From assembly GCA_964019335.1 (NCBI GenBank), contig OZ025689.1, positions 248,001 through 312,000 of the forward strand: a DNA stretch of 64,000 bases. The letters run 5' to 3'. How positions within the stretch are numbered: the first letter of the stretch is position 1; each line of letters begins with the position of its first letter. Below, in pieces: positions 36,341 through 46,971 of this stretch. Source of the DNA: Diplonema japonicum (taxonomy: Eukaryota > Protista > Euglenozoa: Diplonemea). The notes beneath the pieces are model-generated. The model was not told the origin of the DNA, made no database searches, and was given only the letters and a program-made list of their open reading frames with translations. The translations under genes and the position numbers were made by a program.

Positions 36341-36823
36341 GAGGGCTGCAAATGCACAGAGAAAGTAAAGTTCGGAAAAAAAAAATAAAAAGTGGTGGTG
36401 AGGGGAGGGAGGTTCCTTAGGAGAGAGATTGTCCTACTATATCTCAAAAAAACTCCTAGCATACACACTCAAGGGGTGGGGTGGGGTGGGGTGGGGGGAT
36501 AGCACGATTGTTCTTGCATTCTTTCGTTCTTTTCCGTGGTATTGCCGTCTTTCCAGACCACGTCTGCAGCTTTCTTTTCAAGGTATGAACGGGGGAAAAC
36601 GGGGGGGGGGGGGGGGGGGGGGTAAATACGAAGGGGGCTTTCGGCATGATAAAAGAAAGTGTGAGTGAGTGTATAAAGTGCATGGTCCACCCTTATCATC
36701 TCTCTCTAGAGATTTTTGAAGGGAAAAAAAAATGAAAATGAGTTGAAGGTGAAAGATCTAAAAGCGAAAAAGAAAAAAGAAAAAAGAAATGAAATCAACA
36801 TGAAACTTCCTATCCCCAGGTTT

Positions 36824-36857
<34 letters not shown>

Positions 36858-36957
36858 TTGTTGCATCCGCGAGAACGAAACAGAACGGGAGGAGAAAGAA
36901 AGAAGAAAAACTATCTAAAATAAAAAGAAGGAAACTGATGATTTTTTTTTATATATA

Positions 36958-38541
36958 CTGTAAAACGAATAATGTCGGACAGAAAAACTCCCGGACACCA
37001 AAAAAACCCGGACATTTTTCCGTCCGGGAGTTTTTCTGGGAAGAAGTTTTTTTACTTAAGGGGGGTAGCAGCTCCCACCACGTTTGCCTGGAAGGGCTTT
37101 ATTCCTTGTGCAGAGCCAAAATGTCACCCTGCGTGGCAGTTTGAATTTTTCTTCCCCTTTCAATGCACCAACAAACAGCACCCACGGGATCTTTAACTTC
37201 TCATAAACCCGTACTTCTTTCGTCAGATTGACCAGTTCGACTACCCAAGGCACGTTGAGCAGCTGGCTTGTGAGGGACCCAACTTTGGTGCTGACACCCC
37301 CGGCCAGCCCACCGGGCCAGTACAAACCCCCGAAAGCAGCTTGGCGGCCTCTGCCTCGGTCAGAAGACGGCAGCAACAGGTTCAACAGAGCCCCCGGTTT
37401 CTTCCAGACGGAAATACTGGACGTTGCTATTCCACCCTACCACACCCTGGCCGCCGCGACGCCGTGATAGCAGCGTATCGCCCAATACGGGATTTAGCAT
37501 CCTTCGGGGGCTGAAAGATTTTTGCTTGAGTCGATAGGTAAACGGGCTTGGCGAGCCTATCCCAGCACAACAAATATGCACCTATGCAGAAGGGCTGCTG
37601 TGCGCCAATCCAGCCCGAAAGACAGACCTGGTAGACTTTGGTGGGGCACTGTCCTTTTCCACTGGCTAGGCTGACAAAATTTTGCAGCAAGAAAGACAAA
37701 AGCCGCAAGCCACCTCCGGAAAGCCCGGAAACGAGAAGGACAACGAGAAGGCACGCTGTTTCACCATGGAATTCAGGTCCATAATCGACACCCATAAAGT
37801 AAGGCCGGAATTGGTCTGGAATACGGGGTCAAAAACCAAAACAAAAAGGGGTGCTAAGGTCGTAAAAGTCCGTGGCTTGGGGGACAAAACGGGCTATAAC
37901 CGAACAGCTGGCTGTTTCCTTGGCTGGATGGCTAAATACAAAGGCAAAGCGGAAACGCAACCGGCAGGGATTATCCGTGCCCCGGTCAAGCACCCGCCCA
38001 CCGAATGGAGCCTAACGGCATCGCCCAATCATTGGGCTAATTATGATACTCGGTATCTGGGTTACGGAGCTGTTTCTTCCTTTTTGCTATAAATTATCGA
38101 TTCCCATGGTTTTGCCGAACGGGCCGATTCTGCTGCTTGTCGGCGACCACAACTCTCACACGACCTATGCCTATGGGTTCGTAGAGTGGTTCGCAGGCGC
38201 AAACGTGCACATTGCTTTTGTCCCCCTGGGCTCACCTACATGGTTCAACCGATGGATATTGGGTTGAACGCAGCTGTAAAGCATCTATTAAGAAAGGTAG
38301 TAGGCCACACGAAGGCTCGACAAGCTGATTGCCTCAGGGGCAGCAAGGGCGGACAAAGATGTAGAAAGGGAACCCTGGGGGTTTCTTCGCGCGGTTGCCG
38401 TTTGCAGCCCAGGCCAGTATGTAGGTGGTAGTGGACCAGGCCCCCTGACGGCCTTACCTAAAAAAAATTCCCGGACGGAAAAATTCCCGGACGCCAAAAA
38501 AACTCGGACATTTTTCCGTCCGGGAGTTTTTCGTTTTACAG
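36958..38541 (+). mobile_element. Degenerate Tc1/mariner-superfamily (pogo/Tigger-type) DNA transposon
   Basis: TIR CTGTAAAACGAA / TTCGTTTTACAG, TA on both flanks, subterminal CCGGAC/GTCCGG repeats, DDE_1-type transposase remnants inside. Confidence 0.88.
37682..38330 (+). pseudogene. Frameshifted DDE_1 (pogo-like) transposase remnant
   Basis: PELVWNT, SPNHWAN, ILLLVGDHNSH and PPGLTYMVQPMDIGLNAAVKH spread over three frames; they match the family motifs I(W/F)NxDET, LLLxDxHxSH and QPxDxG. Confidence 0.8.
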
Positions 38542-38759
38542 TATATCTTCTGGGATTCCCGAATGTCATTTCCTAGCCTTCTGATCAGATCTCTTTTTTT
38601 TTTAGTCTCCTCCTTCTAGTTTCTATTCTCTCTGCAATTTTTTTTTCTTCTTTTTATTTATATACTGATACGGAAGAGGAAGGAGAGAAATAAAAAAAGA
38701 GAAATAAAAGTAAAAATGGTTTTTCCCGCTGCGTTTCTTTTTTTTTTTTTTTCCCCTTT

Positions 38760-40084
38760 TTAACTTGAGGGTTTCAGAGGTTGCTTGTCCTCGTCACTGG
38801 GGGGCAAGTCGTTCTTTGGGGTCGCCGGGGGCGCCTCCTTTCCCTTATTGATGGATTGATATGTGTAGCTCATAAAGCCAAAAAGCTGTTTTTGGTTTTT
38901 CTTTTTTTTTTTTTCCCTTTAAATCTGCATACAGTCCCTCCGTAACACAACCACTCCTTCATGGGGATAGACTCATGATACATGGTAGCCCCCACGATGA
39001 CGACAATGATATTTCTCACAGTACCCAACACCTTAAGCATGGTCCCAGACGTCGCCTGGATCACAGCAAAAGTAAGATAGTTCACAACGGAACCCAAACT
39101 TGCCGCCGCCGCGAACAAAACCACGTTGTCTGACACAATCTTGTAGTCTTGCTGCACATATATCGTAGTCCATTCCCCACCGAACGCGGCAAAGGCAAAG
39201 AGGCAAGCGCATGTTGGCGGTGCCAAAAAGCACTGGCTCTCAATGATCGACATTTTCTTTTTCTTCAACAAGAACTGCGTCACCACCAGCGCAAAACACT
39301 CCGTAGATTGTGCCAGCGCCTATTTTTTTTTCCCCCCTTTGTTTTCAAATACAAAAAAAATTACACATGGTCGGGATTGAACCGACGATCTCTCGCGTGT
39401 GGGGCGAGCGTCCTAACCACTAGACGACACGTGCTTACGCACGATCGCGCCGTGGGTAAATTTAACCATACCATTAGCATCAAACCCATGGGGGTTGCGT
39501 GGGACTCGAGGGCTGTTGTTGCTGCAGTGAATAATGCAATTGCAAGAACACTAAGCATGATCATGAATTTGGGTCTTCCTTCCACGCCTGTTATGACCAA
39601 GAGGAAGAGCATGAGGACAGGGGAGAAGGCTTTCAACATCTGGATGTAACCCATGTTGAGGTGCAGATAGACGGCGTTCCCGAAACTGAGCGTGAGCGCC
39701 TTGAAAAGACCGACGAGGAAGCAACTTTTTTTTTTTTTTCTTTTTAAATTCTGCACCGCACATACCCAAGCATCCCCGTTCTCGAGGTAACTTGCTCCCA
39801 TGCTTCGGGGCTTATGCTTGCTTTTTCTGTCTTGACAAGCGTCCAACAGACCGCAGCAATGAAAACTTGGCCGAGACTGCTCAGGGTCACGGGATAACTG
39901 AAACCGAGATCATGCAGAATGTGCTGTTTTTTTTTTTTTTTTTCCCGAACTGGACCCACCATAATACCTTATTAACTACAATTAGACCAGGACCAACAGA
40001 GATGTAAGTGACACAAAGACCGAGTGCCTTGATCCACATCAATAGGTTGTCATTGTTTGGCTTTTGTTCGGGAAGCGCGGACAT
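38760..40084 (-). CDS. Triose-phosphate/nucleotide-sugar transporter family, paralog 2, 5 exons
   Basis: Colinear with paralog 1. GT-AG introns 39924-39967, 39725-39765, 39320-39471, 38886-38932. Confidence 0.87.
39362..39434 (-). tRNA. tRNA-Val(CAC), 73 nt, intronic, with non-canonical C33
   Basis: GCACGTG TC GTCT AGTGGTTA GGAC G CTCGC CCCACAC GCGAG AGATC GTCGG TTCAATC CCGAC CATGTGT A folds into a full cloverleaf and is followed by a T8 Pol III terminator. Confidence 0.9.
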
Positions 40085-40168
40085 CTTCTTAATTCACTTC
40101 CCCTGAGAAAAATAAAAAAAAATTTGCTCCCCCGAGAATGACAAAACAGGAAGAAAAAAAAAAAAAAA

Positions 40169-41434
40169 CTAAACTATCTTTCGTAATTTCAAGGGGAGGT
40201 GCTCCATAAGCGAAGCGATGTGTGCTTTGAAGGCAATAACCCCTTCCAGAATTTCGGTATTTACATTTTGACCATCGTGGGTGTGTATGGGAAGATCGGT
40301 AGGAGTCATTGTACCTTCATCAGTGAACAGATCAGATACGGAAGGCATCCAAGAGTAAGACGCAACCTCTTTCAATGTTCCTGGCCTTTCCCATGCAAGA
40401 GGCTCAGCTTCTTCGTCTTCTGTATCGCTCATCAGATCATCAGGTGAGGGACGGGACATCAGTGTCGGGATAGGTGCGTCGAGAACATCGATGCTCCTGA
40501 CCGTTCGCCTGAACACAGCTTGTTTCACATCCTGTGCAAACAGTAGGTCTCTGTGCCTTGGCTCAGTTACAGGTTCCTCCTGTTTTATCCCATATGAGAA
40601 GAATTCCATTTTCGGCCCCTTCAAAAACGTGCTCCCCACCTTAAGATGGCTTTCAAACGACGGGGGTGGATTGAAGTGATGCTCTTCCCACCCATCGTCT
40701 TTGCTCGGCGCTTCCGGCTCGCAAACCTCCCCTGGCTTATACATGTCGACAGGATCCGGTGGGTCGGAGTTCAGGTAAGGATGTTCCGGGATCGGGTGTG
40801 GGGTCAATTCCCTGACCTTGTACTCCATTGGTGTGTATAAAGGAAGTTGGTCTTGGAAATCCATATCACAGTGGACTTCGATCGGTTTGATTCCAGGTGC
40901 GAGTCGAACCACCGTCACGGCAGGCACGGGGATTCCGACAGAACTCACTTCAGGCATCTCGTTGAAGAAAGAGTCTCGCACTGCAGTCCGTGTCGTGCCT
41001 GCTCTGGAGGCCTGTGCTTTTCGGATCCGGTTTTCAACCCGATTTCTCTGCATCAATGTCCTTCCTGCCGACGTTATCGCAGACAACAATCTTGCCCTTG
41101 ATTTCAAGCGATCTGAAGGGGCGGGTTCAAAATCGGGGAGATCAACTTTATTTCTACTCGGATGGTCTTCGAATGAAACCGTAACCCGTTCACATGGATC
41201 CTTGTGTATTTCAGTCCTGCTGCACGCTTGCTGCATAGCTCTCTGTCGCAGGTCTTCTGCTTGCTGTGCTTCTTGTAAAATCACCTCCTCGATGCTCTCT
41301 TCCGAAGGTATCGGCCGGCCTTTGTTCACTTCCCATTTTATCTCTTTTCGCGCCTCCGCTGCGGTGAAGTTGATGATCATCCTCCGGAGCCGCTCCTCTT
41401 GCGCAGACATCTTCGGGCGCTCGGTGGATTTCAT
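40169..41434 (-). CDS. Protein resembling the C-terminal part of central-pair protein CFAP221/PCDP1
   Basis: Recalled similarity of EARKEIKWEVNKG, AGRTLMQRNRVENRI, LYTPMEYKV and DDLMSDTEDEE. Not verified by search. Confidence 0.5.
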   Translation of the reverse strand: MKSTERPKMSAQEERLRRMIINFTAAEARKEIKWEVNKGRPIPSEESIEEVILQEAQQAEDLRQRAMQQACSRTEIHKDPCERVTVSFEDHPSRNKVDLPDFEPAPSDRLKSRARLLSAITSAGRTLMQRNRVENRIRKAQASRAGTTRTAVRDSFFNEMPEVSSVGIPVPAVTVVRLAPGIKPIEVHCDMDFQDQLPLYTPMEYKVRELTPHPIPEHPYLNSDPPDPVDMYKPGEVCEPEAPSKDDGWEEHHFNPPPSFESHLKVGSTFLKGPKMEFFSYGIKQEEPVTEPRHRDLLFAQDVKQAVFRRTVRSIDVLDAPIPTLMSRPSPDDLMSDTEDEEAEPLAWERPGTLKEVASYSWMPSVSDLFTDEGTMTPTDLPIHTHDGQNVNTEILEGVIAFKAHIASLMEHLPLKLRKIV

Positions 41435-41627
41435 CTTTACTTCCCTGTTTGAAATGCATAATAATCCTTTTTTAACTCTGCTTTAGGAGGGGGGAAAAAA
41501 AATAGGAGAAAGAAAACAGAGGGGGATGAGGGAATGCATAAGCTCACACGAAAATGAGATAAAAAAAATAGCAATGAAGGTGTGTCTTGTTCCCTTTCTC
41601 CTCTTACTTTTTCTTTTTCTTTTCCAG

Positions 41628-43727
41628 TTAGTTGGTCAGATCGGGTACAAAAATGTCATCCTCGCCCACATCATCATCGCTGGAGGAATCTTTCTCTATA
41701 TCAAGGACATCTTGCGGTATTGGAGCCGAGGTGTCCATGAATTTATAGTACTCCTCTTCAGTGACGGGTTGGTTGGGGGTCTCAACGTCTATCATAACGT
41801 TGAGAGAGTCCCTACCACCGGAGGCTTTATAAACCTCATGTGCCCGGAATTGTTCCGGGCCTGCTGTGTCGGTCGTGTCCTCCATGAGGAGGGACTCGTG
41901 GCGGAAAATACGGCCCAAAGAGAAACCTCGTGACTTCATTTTTTCATCGAGATGGGGAAGCATTTCATCTTCTTTTAAAGCAAGCTTGCGCTCGCCTCTC
42001 CACAACTTGTCGTTTTCATCGTCCTCATTTGTGGGAGCACTGGGGTCGGCGAAGAGGTTGCTGTCTGCAAAGAGATGCCCTTTAACGTGCGCTCTGCTGG
42101 GTGTACCATGATCAACAACCTTCCTTCCAAGCCATTCTTTTGATATACAAGATTCGTAAACGGCAACCTCAGGCATCTTAGAAGTGATCAAACGATAGAT
42201 TCGAACTCGATGGGTTAAACCATATCGGTAGCATCTGAAAACAGCTTGTTGATCCACTGCAGGGTTGAAGGCGACGTCGAAAAGGACTGCACGATGTGCC
42301 GTGTTGAGGTTGATGCCCATGCCGCCTGCTGTGGTTGAGATGAGGAAGATGCTTGGACCGTCGTTGCGTTGAAAGGAGTTGATGGCTAATTTTCGTTTCG
42401 ATTGTCCCATGTCGCCTTTCAAACACCATATGTCCAGCTTTGGAGACATGATCTTCGCGAACTTTGTGATGAGCTCAAGTGTCATCGTCCACTGCGAGAA
42501 GATAAGCAGCTTCTCCTTGTGCGTCACACAGTATTCGATGATGTACAGTAACGCGGTCATCTTAGGGCTTCTCGATAACATCATGTGCTTGTATGACGGT
42601 GAGTTTATCACAACTCCCTCCGCCCATGACAGTTCGCTCGACCACCCGTACTCTGCGGTCTGCCGTCTCCCGGACGCAACTTCTTCCAACGTCATTTTTA
42701 AGAGGTCGGGATGCCCTGAAATTTTGTTGAGGACGTGAGTGTAGAGAAGTGTGTTATGTCCCCCTCGGACCAACCTCGCCCTCTTCATGAACCATGCTCG
42801 GAACCGTTTTTGCAGCCCTTCTTGAAAGTCGCTTTGCGGGCAGACAATGACGTATTCGTCTTTAGGAGGAAGCTCCTTTAAAAGGATAGATTGGTCCCTC
42901 CGGTGAACAAACACTTCAAGTTCCCTTTGCAACGTGTAAGCACGTTCTTTCATTTTCAGGATCGCTGCCCGCGATGATGACGCTTTCTGACCCAACTGGA
43001 TCGGATGTTGGAAGTATGATACAAATTCACGGCGGGGAAAGTGCCCGGGGCGTACGAATTCAACCATACCCCAAAGCTCCTCAAGGTGGTTCTGCATAGG
43101 CGTGCCTGTGAGCATGATACGACGCGAGGTTTGTAACATGTTCAACGAACATGCGATGCCCGATGATTGGTTTCTGATGGTGTGGCCTTCATCGCAGATT
43201 ACCATGTCCGGGCCTGGGTTTTGCAGGATACTGACGATATCGGTTGGGATGTGGTGGCTTTGGGTTCGGTTGTACGCACCAACCATGCTCCCGTACAGTT
43301 CGTACGACATCGCTAAAACCCCGCCTTCGCTGTGCCATTTATTGAGATTTTCTATTCTTTTGGACCATAAGTCATCACCTATGATAATCGGGGTCAGCTT
43401 CTGGAACTTCCCGTGAACTGACCATGCAGCGAATTCAGTTGACCAACCGGGCAGCGTCGATTTTGGTGTTACAAGGAGAATTTTTTTGACGCCTTTGTTT
43501 TTCATCATCAGGCATGTTACTAATATTGTTTGTGCGCTCTTTCCCAAGCCCATGCTGTGGGCCAGCATGCATCCTTTCCCCTCGGACATGTGCTTCCACA
43601 TGAACCTTATCCCCTCAATTTGGTGCTGCTTCAACATCGCTGCCACACCTTGGCACAGCTCCACACCGTCGGCAACTCGTTCGCGAGGGATGCCATCGAC
43701 CTCTTCGAGCTTTCTCTTCCGGCTCAT
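41628..43727 (-). CDS. SNF2-family ATPase, ATRX/RAD54L2(ARIP4)-like
   Basis: LAHSMGLGKS, GPDMVICDEGH, LTGTPMQNHL, LIFSQW, FLISTTAGGMGINL, QAVFRCYRYG. Confidence 0.92.
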   Translation of the reverse strand: MSRKRKLEEVDGIPRERVADGVELCQGVAAMLKQHQIEGIRFMWKHMSEGKGCMLAHSMGLGKSAQTILVTCLMMKNKGVKKILLVTPKSTLPGWSTEFAAWSVHGKFQKLTPIIIGDDLWSKRIENLNKWHSEGGVLAMSYELYGSMVGAYNRTQSHHIPTDIVSILQNPGPDMVICDEGHTIRNQSSGIACSLNMLQTSRRIMLTGTPMQNHLEELWGMVEFVRPGHFPRREFVSYFQHPIQLGQKASSSRAAILKMKERAYTLQRELEVFVHRRDQSILLKELPPKDEYVIVCPQSDFQEGLQKRFRAWFMKRARLVRGGHNTLLYTHVLNKISGHPDLLKMTLEEVASGRRQTAEYGWSSELSWAEGVVINSPSYKHMMLSRSPKMTALLYIIEYCVTHKEKLLIFSQWTMTLELITKFAKIMSPKLDIWCLKGDMGQSKRKLAINSFQRNDGPSIFLISTTAGGMGINLNTAHRAVLFDVAFNPAVDQQAVFRCYRYGLTHRVRIYRLITSKMPEVAVYESCISKEWLGRKVVDHGTPSRAHVKGHLFADSNLFADPSAPTNEDDENDKLWRGERKLALKEDEMLPHLDEKMKSRGFSLGRIFRHESLLMEDTTDTAGPEQFRAHEVYKASGGRDSLNVMIDVETPNQPVTEEEYYKFMDTSAPIPQDVLDIEKDSSSDDDVGEDDIFVPDLTN

Positions 43728-43994
43728 GACCCTAATAATGGAGAGTAAGGTAGCGGGGGGCAGAGGGTTATATAGAAAATAGGAATCACATATCTAAAAA
43801 GAGAAAGAAAGGAGGGGGGGAAAAAAGGGGTCCGACACCCCGAACGTATTTTGTACTGTTTTGTTGCACTGGAGAATAAGAAAAAAGAAAAAAGAACACA
43901 AAATAAAAAAAAAATAAAAAGGATATGATGGGAAGAAGTGTAGCAAACAACCCCCCATCAATATAAGGAGGAGGACTACACACTGGGTGATGCT

Positions 43995-44849
43995 TCAGAC
44001 GAAGCGCCTTGTCGTATCGATAGCGTCCCTCGTGAGCTTTGTTGCGGAAGAGAGCATGTCATTGAGCTGACGAAGGGGGTTGAGGTCAGTTATGTCACGG
44101 CGTGGAGGTGTCCGCAAGGGCTCGATTTTCAGGGCTCTGGAGTCTTCCCAAACTTGCTGCTGAAGACGGAGGATCGTCTCTTGGGATTTATCCAACTCCA
44201 TTTTAGAGTGAGCCTTTTCTTTCAGCAAGTGTTGGTTGAATTCTTCGGAAGCCTTGAGCCTTTCCCTCAAAAGTGCCACCTCCTCCTCTAAAGCCACGAT
44301 TTTATGGGCTTGCGGCAATACGTCAGAGGTGACAGCTGTTCGGAAAGCCCCTTCTTGCGCAAGAAGGGAAGGAGCGACTTTCTCCGCCCGACGCACCTCT
44401 ACAACCGGTCTATTCTCTTCCCGTGTTGCGAGTCGTTTATTTACGGGGGACAGCAGCCCGGCTGCGCTCTCTAGCTCTTTTACTTCCTTTAGCGTCTTTC
44501 GCAGTTCTATCGCGGCCTCCACCATCGATACCCGTTCTGCCTCCCGTGCCCTCTCGGCTTCCAGCTCTGTCTCCCTCTCCGACCATCCCATTGCAGGTGA
44601 TATCATGCACCCAGAAGGTGTCACCGTCCGCGACCTTACAGGCGAAGGTGACATTACATTCCCAAACCTCGGCGACTGCTTTAACACAGAATCGCCAGCG
44701 GGGCTCCGTGCCACAGGCAAACCACACGGCGGCGGCAAACCCATCTGACCAGCTCCCAGTGATGGTGTCGTCGCGAACACTGCCGGCGATCTCAAAGGCA
44801 CCGGCGACACCGGGCAGGGGAGTGCCCCTATCGGCGGTGCACTTTCCAT
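43995..44849 (-). CDS. Hypothetical Ser/Pro-rich and coiled-coil protein
   Basis: 286-aa ORF on the cluster strand. Confidence 0.7.
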   Translation of the reverse strand: MESAPPIGALPCPVSPVPLRSPAVFATTPSLGAGQMGLPPPCGLPVARSPAGDSVLKQSPRFGNVMSPSPVRSRTVTPSGCMISPAMGWSERETELEAERAREAERVSMVEAAIELRKTLKEVKELESAAGLLSPVNKRLATREENRPVVEVRRAEKVAPSLLAQEGAFRTAVTSDVLPQAHKIVALEEEVALLRERLKASEEFNQHLLKEKAHSKMELDKSQETILRLQQQVWEDSRALKIEPLRTPPRRDITDLNPLRQLNDMLSSATKLTRDAIDTTRRFV

Positions 44850-44951
44850 ACTCACCCCTCCTGTGGTTGTGTCGAATGTCGAATACTTAAATACACACTA
44901 AGAAAAAGAGGGTTGAACTAAACGTTTATACAGATACAATACAAAGCGCAG

Positions 44952-46247
44952 CTACCTGCGGATGCCGACGTAGGCCGGAGGTGTGATGGGACTCACCGAC
45001 GGTGAGCCCGACCTAGCGTACGTGGTGGGGGTGGTGGGAGATCTGACAGAACTAGGAAGGAGCTGCCTCGTGGGTGTCAGTGGGGTACGAGAGGGTGTGG
45101 GTGGTGCCCTGGCAGGGCTGGCAGAGACCGTCCGGACATGTTTGCGTTTCTCAGAAGCAAATGTAGACTGAGATGCCGTTGGTTGGTTGGGGCTTGTCCT
45201 GGAAGGGGAACCTCTGATAGGGTACAGTGGTGTTGATGTGGTCTGTTTCTCGACGTGCAGCGTGCTGTGCGAGATGTGCTTGTAACCAGGACCTCTCTCG
45301 TGCTTTGGTTTGTCTTCAATATTATCTGGGTAGCGGGTCCCATCGCTGCTGAAGATGACCGCTGGAGTGCGTGTCACTGTTGACCCAGCAGCTACCATGG
45401 GCACAGGTGGGACGCTATCCTTTTTTGAGAATCCTTTCTTGTCTACTGGTGTCAAGCACAACCGCTTCTTTGAGCACAGCTCTTCCTGCGACGTCATCTT
45501 TGTTGGTGTTGAAAAGACATCTAAAGACTTGCTCCTTTCAGCAGCATGCTTGGGAGACGAAGCGAGAGGTACTCCTCCCGGAGCGCACTTGTCGAGCCTC
45601 AGCTGGTCTTGCGAGGCATACAGATCGCCTTTCAAAGGTTTGTGAGTGGGTGTTGGGGACGGGAACTCTCGGCCATGCACCTTCTTCTCGTTAGCTAGAA
45701 GCTCTTGCGAGTCCTTGCCGAGGGGCGACCAGCAGGACCATTCATTGCCAGGTGCGGGTGGGGACGCAGGGATTTCAACACAGGGTTTTGAGTGCATCGG
45801 ACTTCCGAGGGCGCTCCTTGTCTGCATCGACGGCGAAGCTTCACTAGGCGAAGGGAAGATGGCCGTAGCGTGGTACTTCTTCATCCTTGTGAACTCATTG
45901 AGGGAATCGAACCTCGGCTGCATCGGGTCTTGGTGTTCCACCTTTGGCACAGTGACGGGGCACTCAGGGATGCAGACAGAGCCCAATCGCTTCTCGTGAT
46001 TCAGTTTTTGAAAAGAATTAAACCCGCTGCTCTTCCGCCCAACAGCGGCTTCGATCTGCTGCTGGGGGCTATACTTCCATTCCCTGTTGTCTTTACCAGC
46101 TACAAATGCTCCCCTCTCACAAGGGTGGTCCACCTTTTGCAGGGAAACGCTTCGCGACCTGCGCTCAGGTGCCGGGCTTACGGATATCGTGTGTACCCTC
46201 TTCGCCCTGGCGAGCTCTTTTTGGCTTCTGAACCTTGCTTCCGACAT
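44952..46247 (-). CDS. Hypothetical disordered Ser/Pro/Thr-rich protein with recurring SQxEL..K motif
   Basis: 431-aa ORF; SQKELARAK, SQELLANEK, SQDQLRLDK, SQEELCSKK. Confidence 0.7.
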   Translation of the reverse strand: MSEARFRSQKELARAKRVHTISVSPAPERRSRSVSLQKVDHPCERGAFVAGKDNREWKYSPQQQIEAAVGRKSSGFNSFQKLNHEKRLGSVCIPECPVTVPKVEHQDPMQPRFDSLNEFTRMKKYHATAIFPSPSEASPSMQTRSALGSPMHSKPCVEIPASPPAPGNEWSCWSPLGKDSQELLANEKKVHGREFPSPTPTHKPLKGDLYASQDQLRLDKCAPGGVPLASSPKHAAERSKSLDVFSTPTKMTSQEELCSKKRLCLTPVDKKGFSKKDSVPPVPMVAAGSTVTRTPAVIFSSDGTRYPDNIEDKPKHERGPGYKHISHSTLHVEKQTTSTPLYPIRGSPSRTSPNQPTASQSTFASEKRKHVRTVSASPARAPPTPSRTPLTPTRQLLPSSVRSPTTPTTYARSGSPSVSPITPPAYVGIRR

Positions 46248-46367
46248 GTCGTGTTTCTTGATTTCCCGCCCGTCCTTACTGTCAAGTTAAGCAATCGAAC
46301 TGTGTCTGTTTTTCTTTTCACTAATGCACTAATACACAAGTGCCAGAATAGCTTCTTCTTTTTTCTT

Positions 46368-46912
46368 GAGAAGACTGCTAACTAGACCCCTAGCTTGAGA
46401 AGTGCTCAAGGTCTGTCTTTTAGGGGGAAAAGTATCTGACCCGGCCCTGCGTTTTTAAAATGCTCAAATTCGGTCCCACTTTCCTAAATGCTCAGAGTAG
46501 ACCCCCTTGGTTCTCAAACCCTAGGTTTTGGAAAAGCCCAACCTGGCCCCCCTAGGTTCACAGTGGTTTCTGAAGATTTAGGCTCCTGGATTTACCACTT
46601 GCGGTAAACATCATGAATTTTCAAGCTTGACCGTGCCGTTGTAGTCACGTGGCCAAGAATGCCTGTAGCTGTTGGGGCATTCTTGGTCACAAAAGCACGA
46701 CTTGCACCAAAAGGTTTTTCTCTCTCCCTTGTGCATACCCCGCAACTTCGTTACCATTGGGCTTACTCTTTAAACCTCTTTAAATTTTTGAAAACCAAGG
46801 GGGCTGACCTTTGAGCATTTTTAAAAACCCCAGGGGTCTAATTTAGGCATTTAGAAACTTGGGGTTGACTTTGAGCATTTCTAAAACCTAGGGGTCTAGT
46901 TAGCACTCCACC
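46368..46912. mobile_element. ~545-bp MITE/foldback element with long imperfect TIRs (Mutator-like)
   Basis: TGCTAACTAGACCCCTAG...TGCTCAA at left is inverted at right; internal subrepeats aatgctca/ttgagcatt; central hairpin 46649-46690. TSD not resolvable in the T-rich flanks. Confidence 0.8.
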
Positions 46913-46971
46913 TTTTTTTATTTTTCATTTTTCTTTTTTTTTTTCCCCCCTCCCCTTCTTCCTTCTCTATA

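Noticed and set aside
25200-36900. Many poly-Lys and poly-Phe ORFs in the ORF track
   Set aside because: Artefacts of intergenic and intronic A/T homopolymers.
37057-37196. TTAA-bounded segment nested in the pogo element
   Set aside because: No convincing terminal inverted repeat, and TTAA pairs are expected by chance.
41628-43727. Possible JBP2 (base J) homolog
   Set aside because: Only the SNF2 module is present. No TET/JBP thymidine hydroxylase domain, and motifs fit ATRX/RAD54L2.
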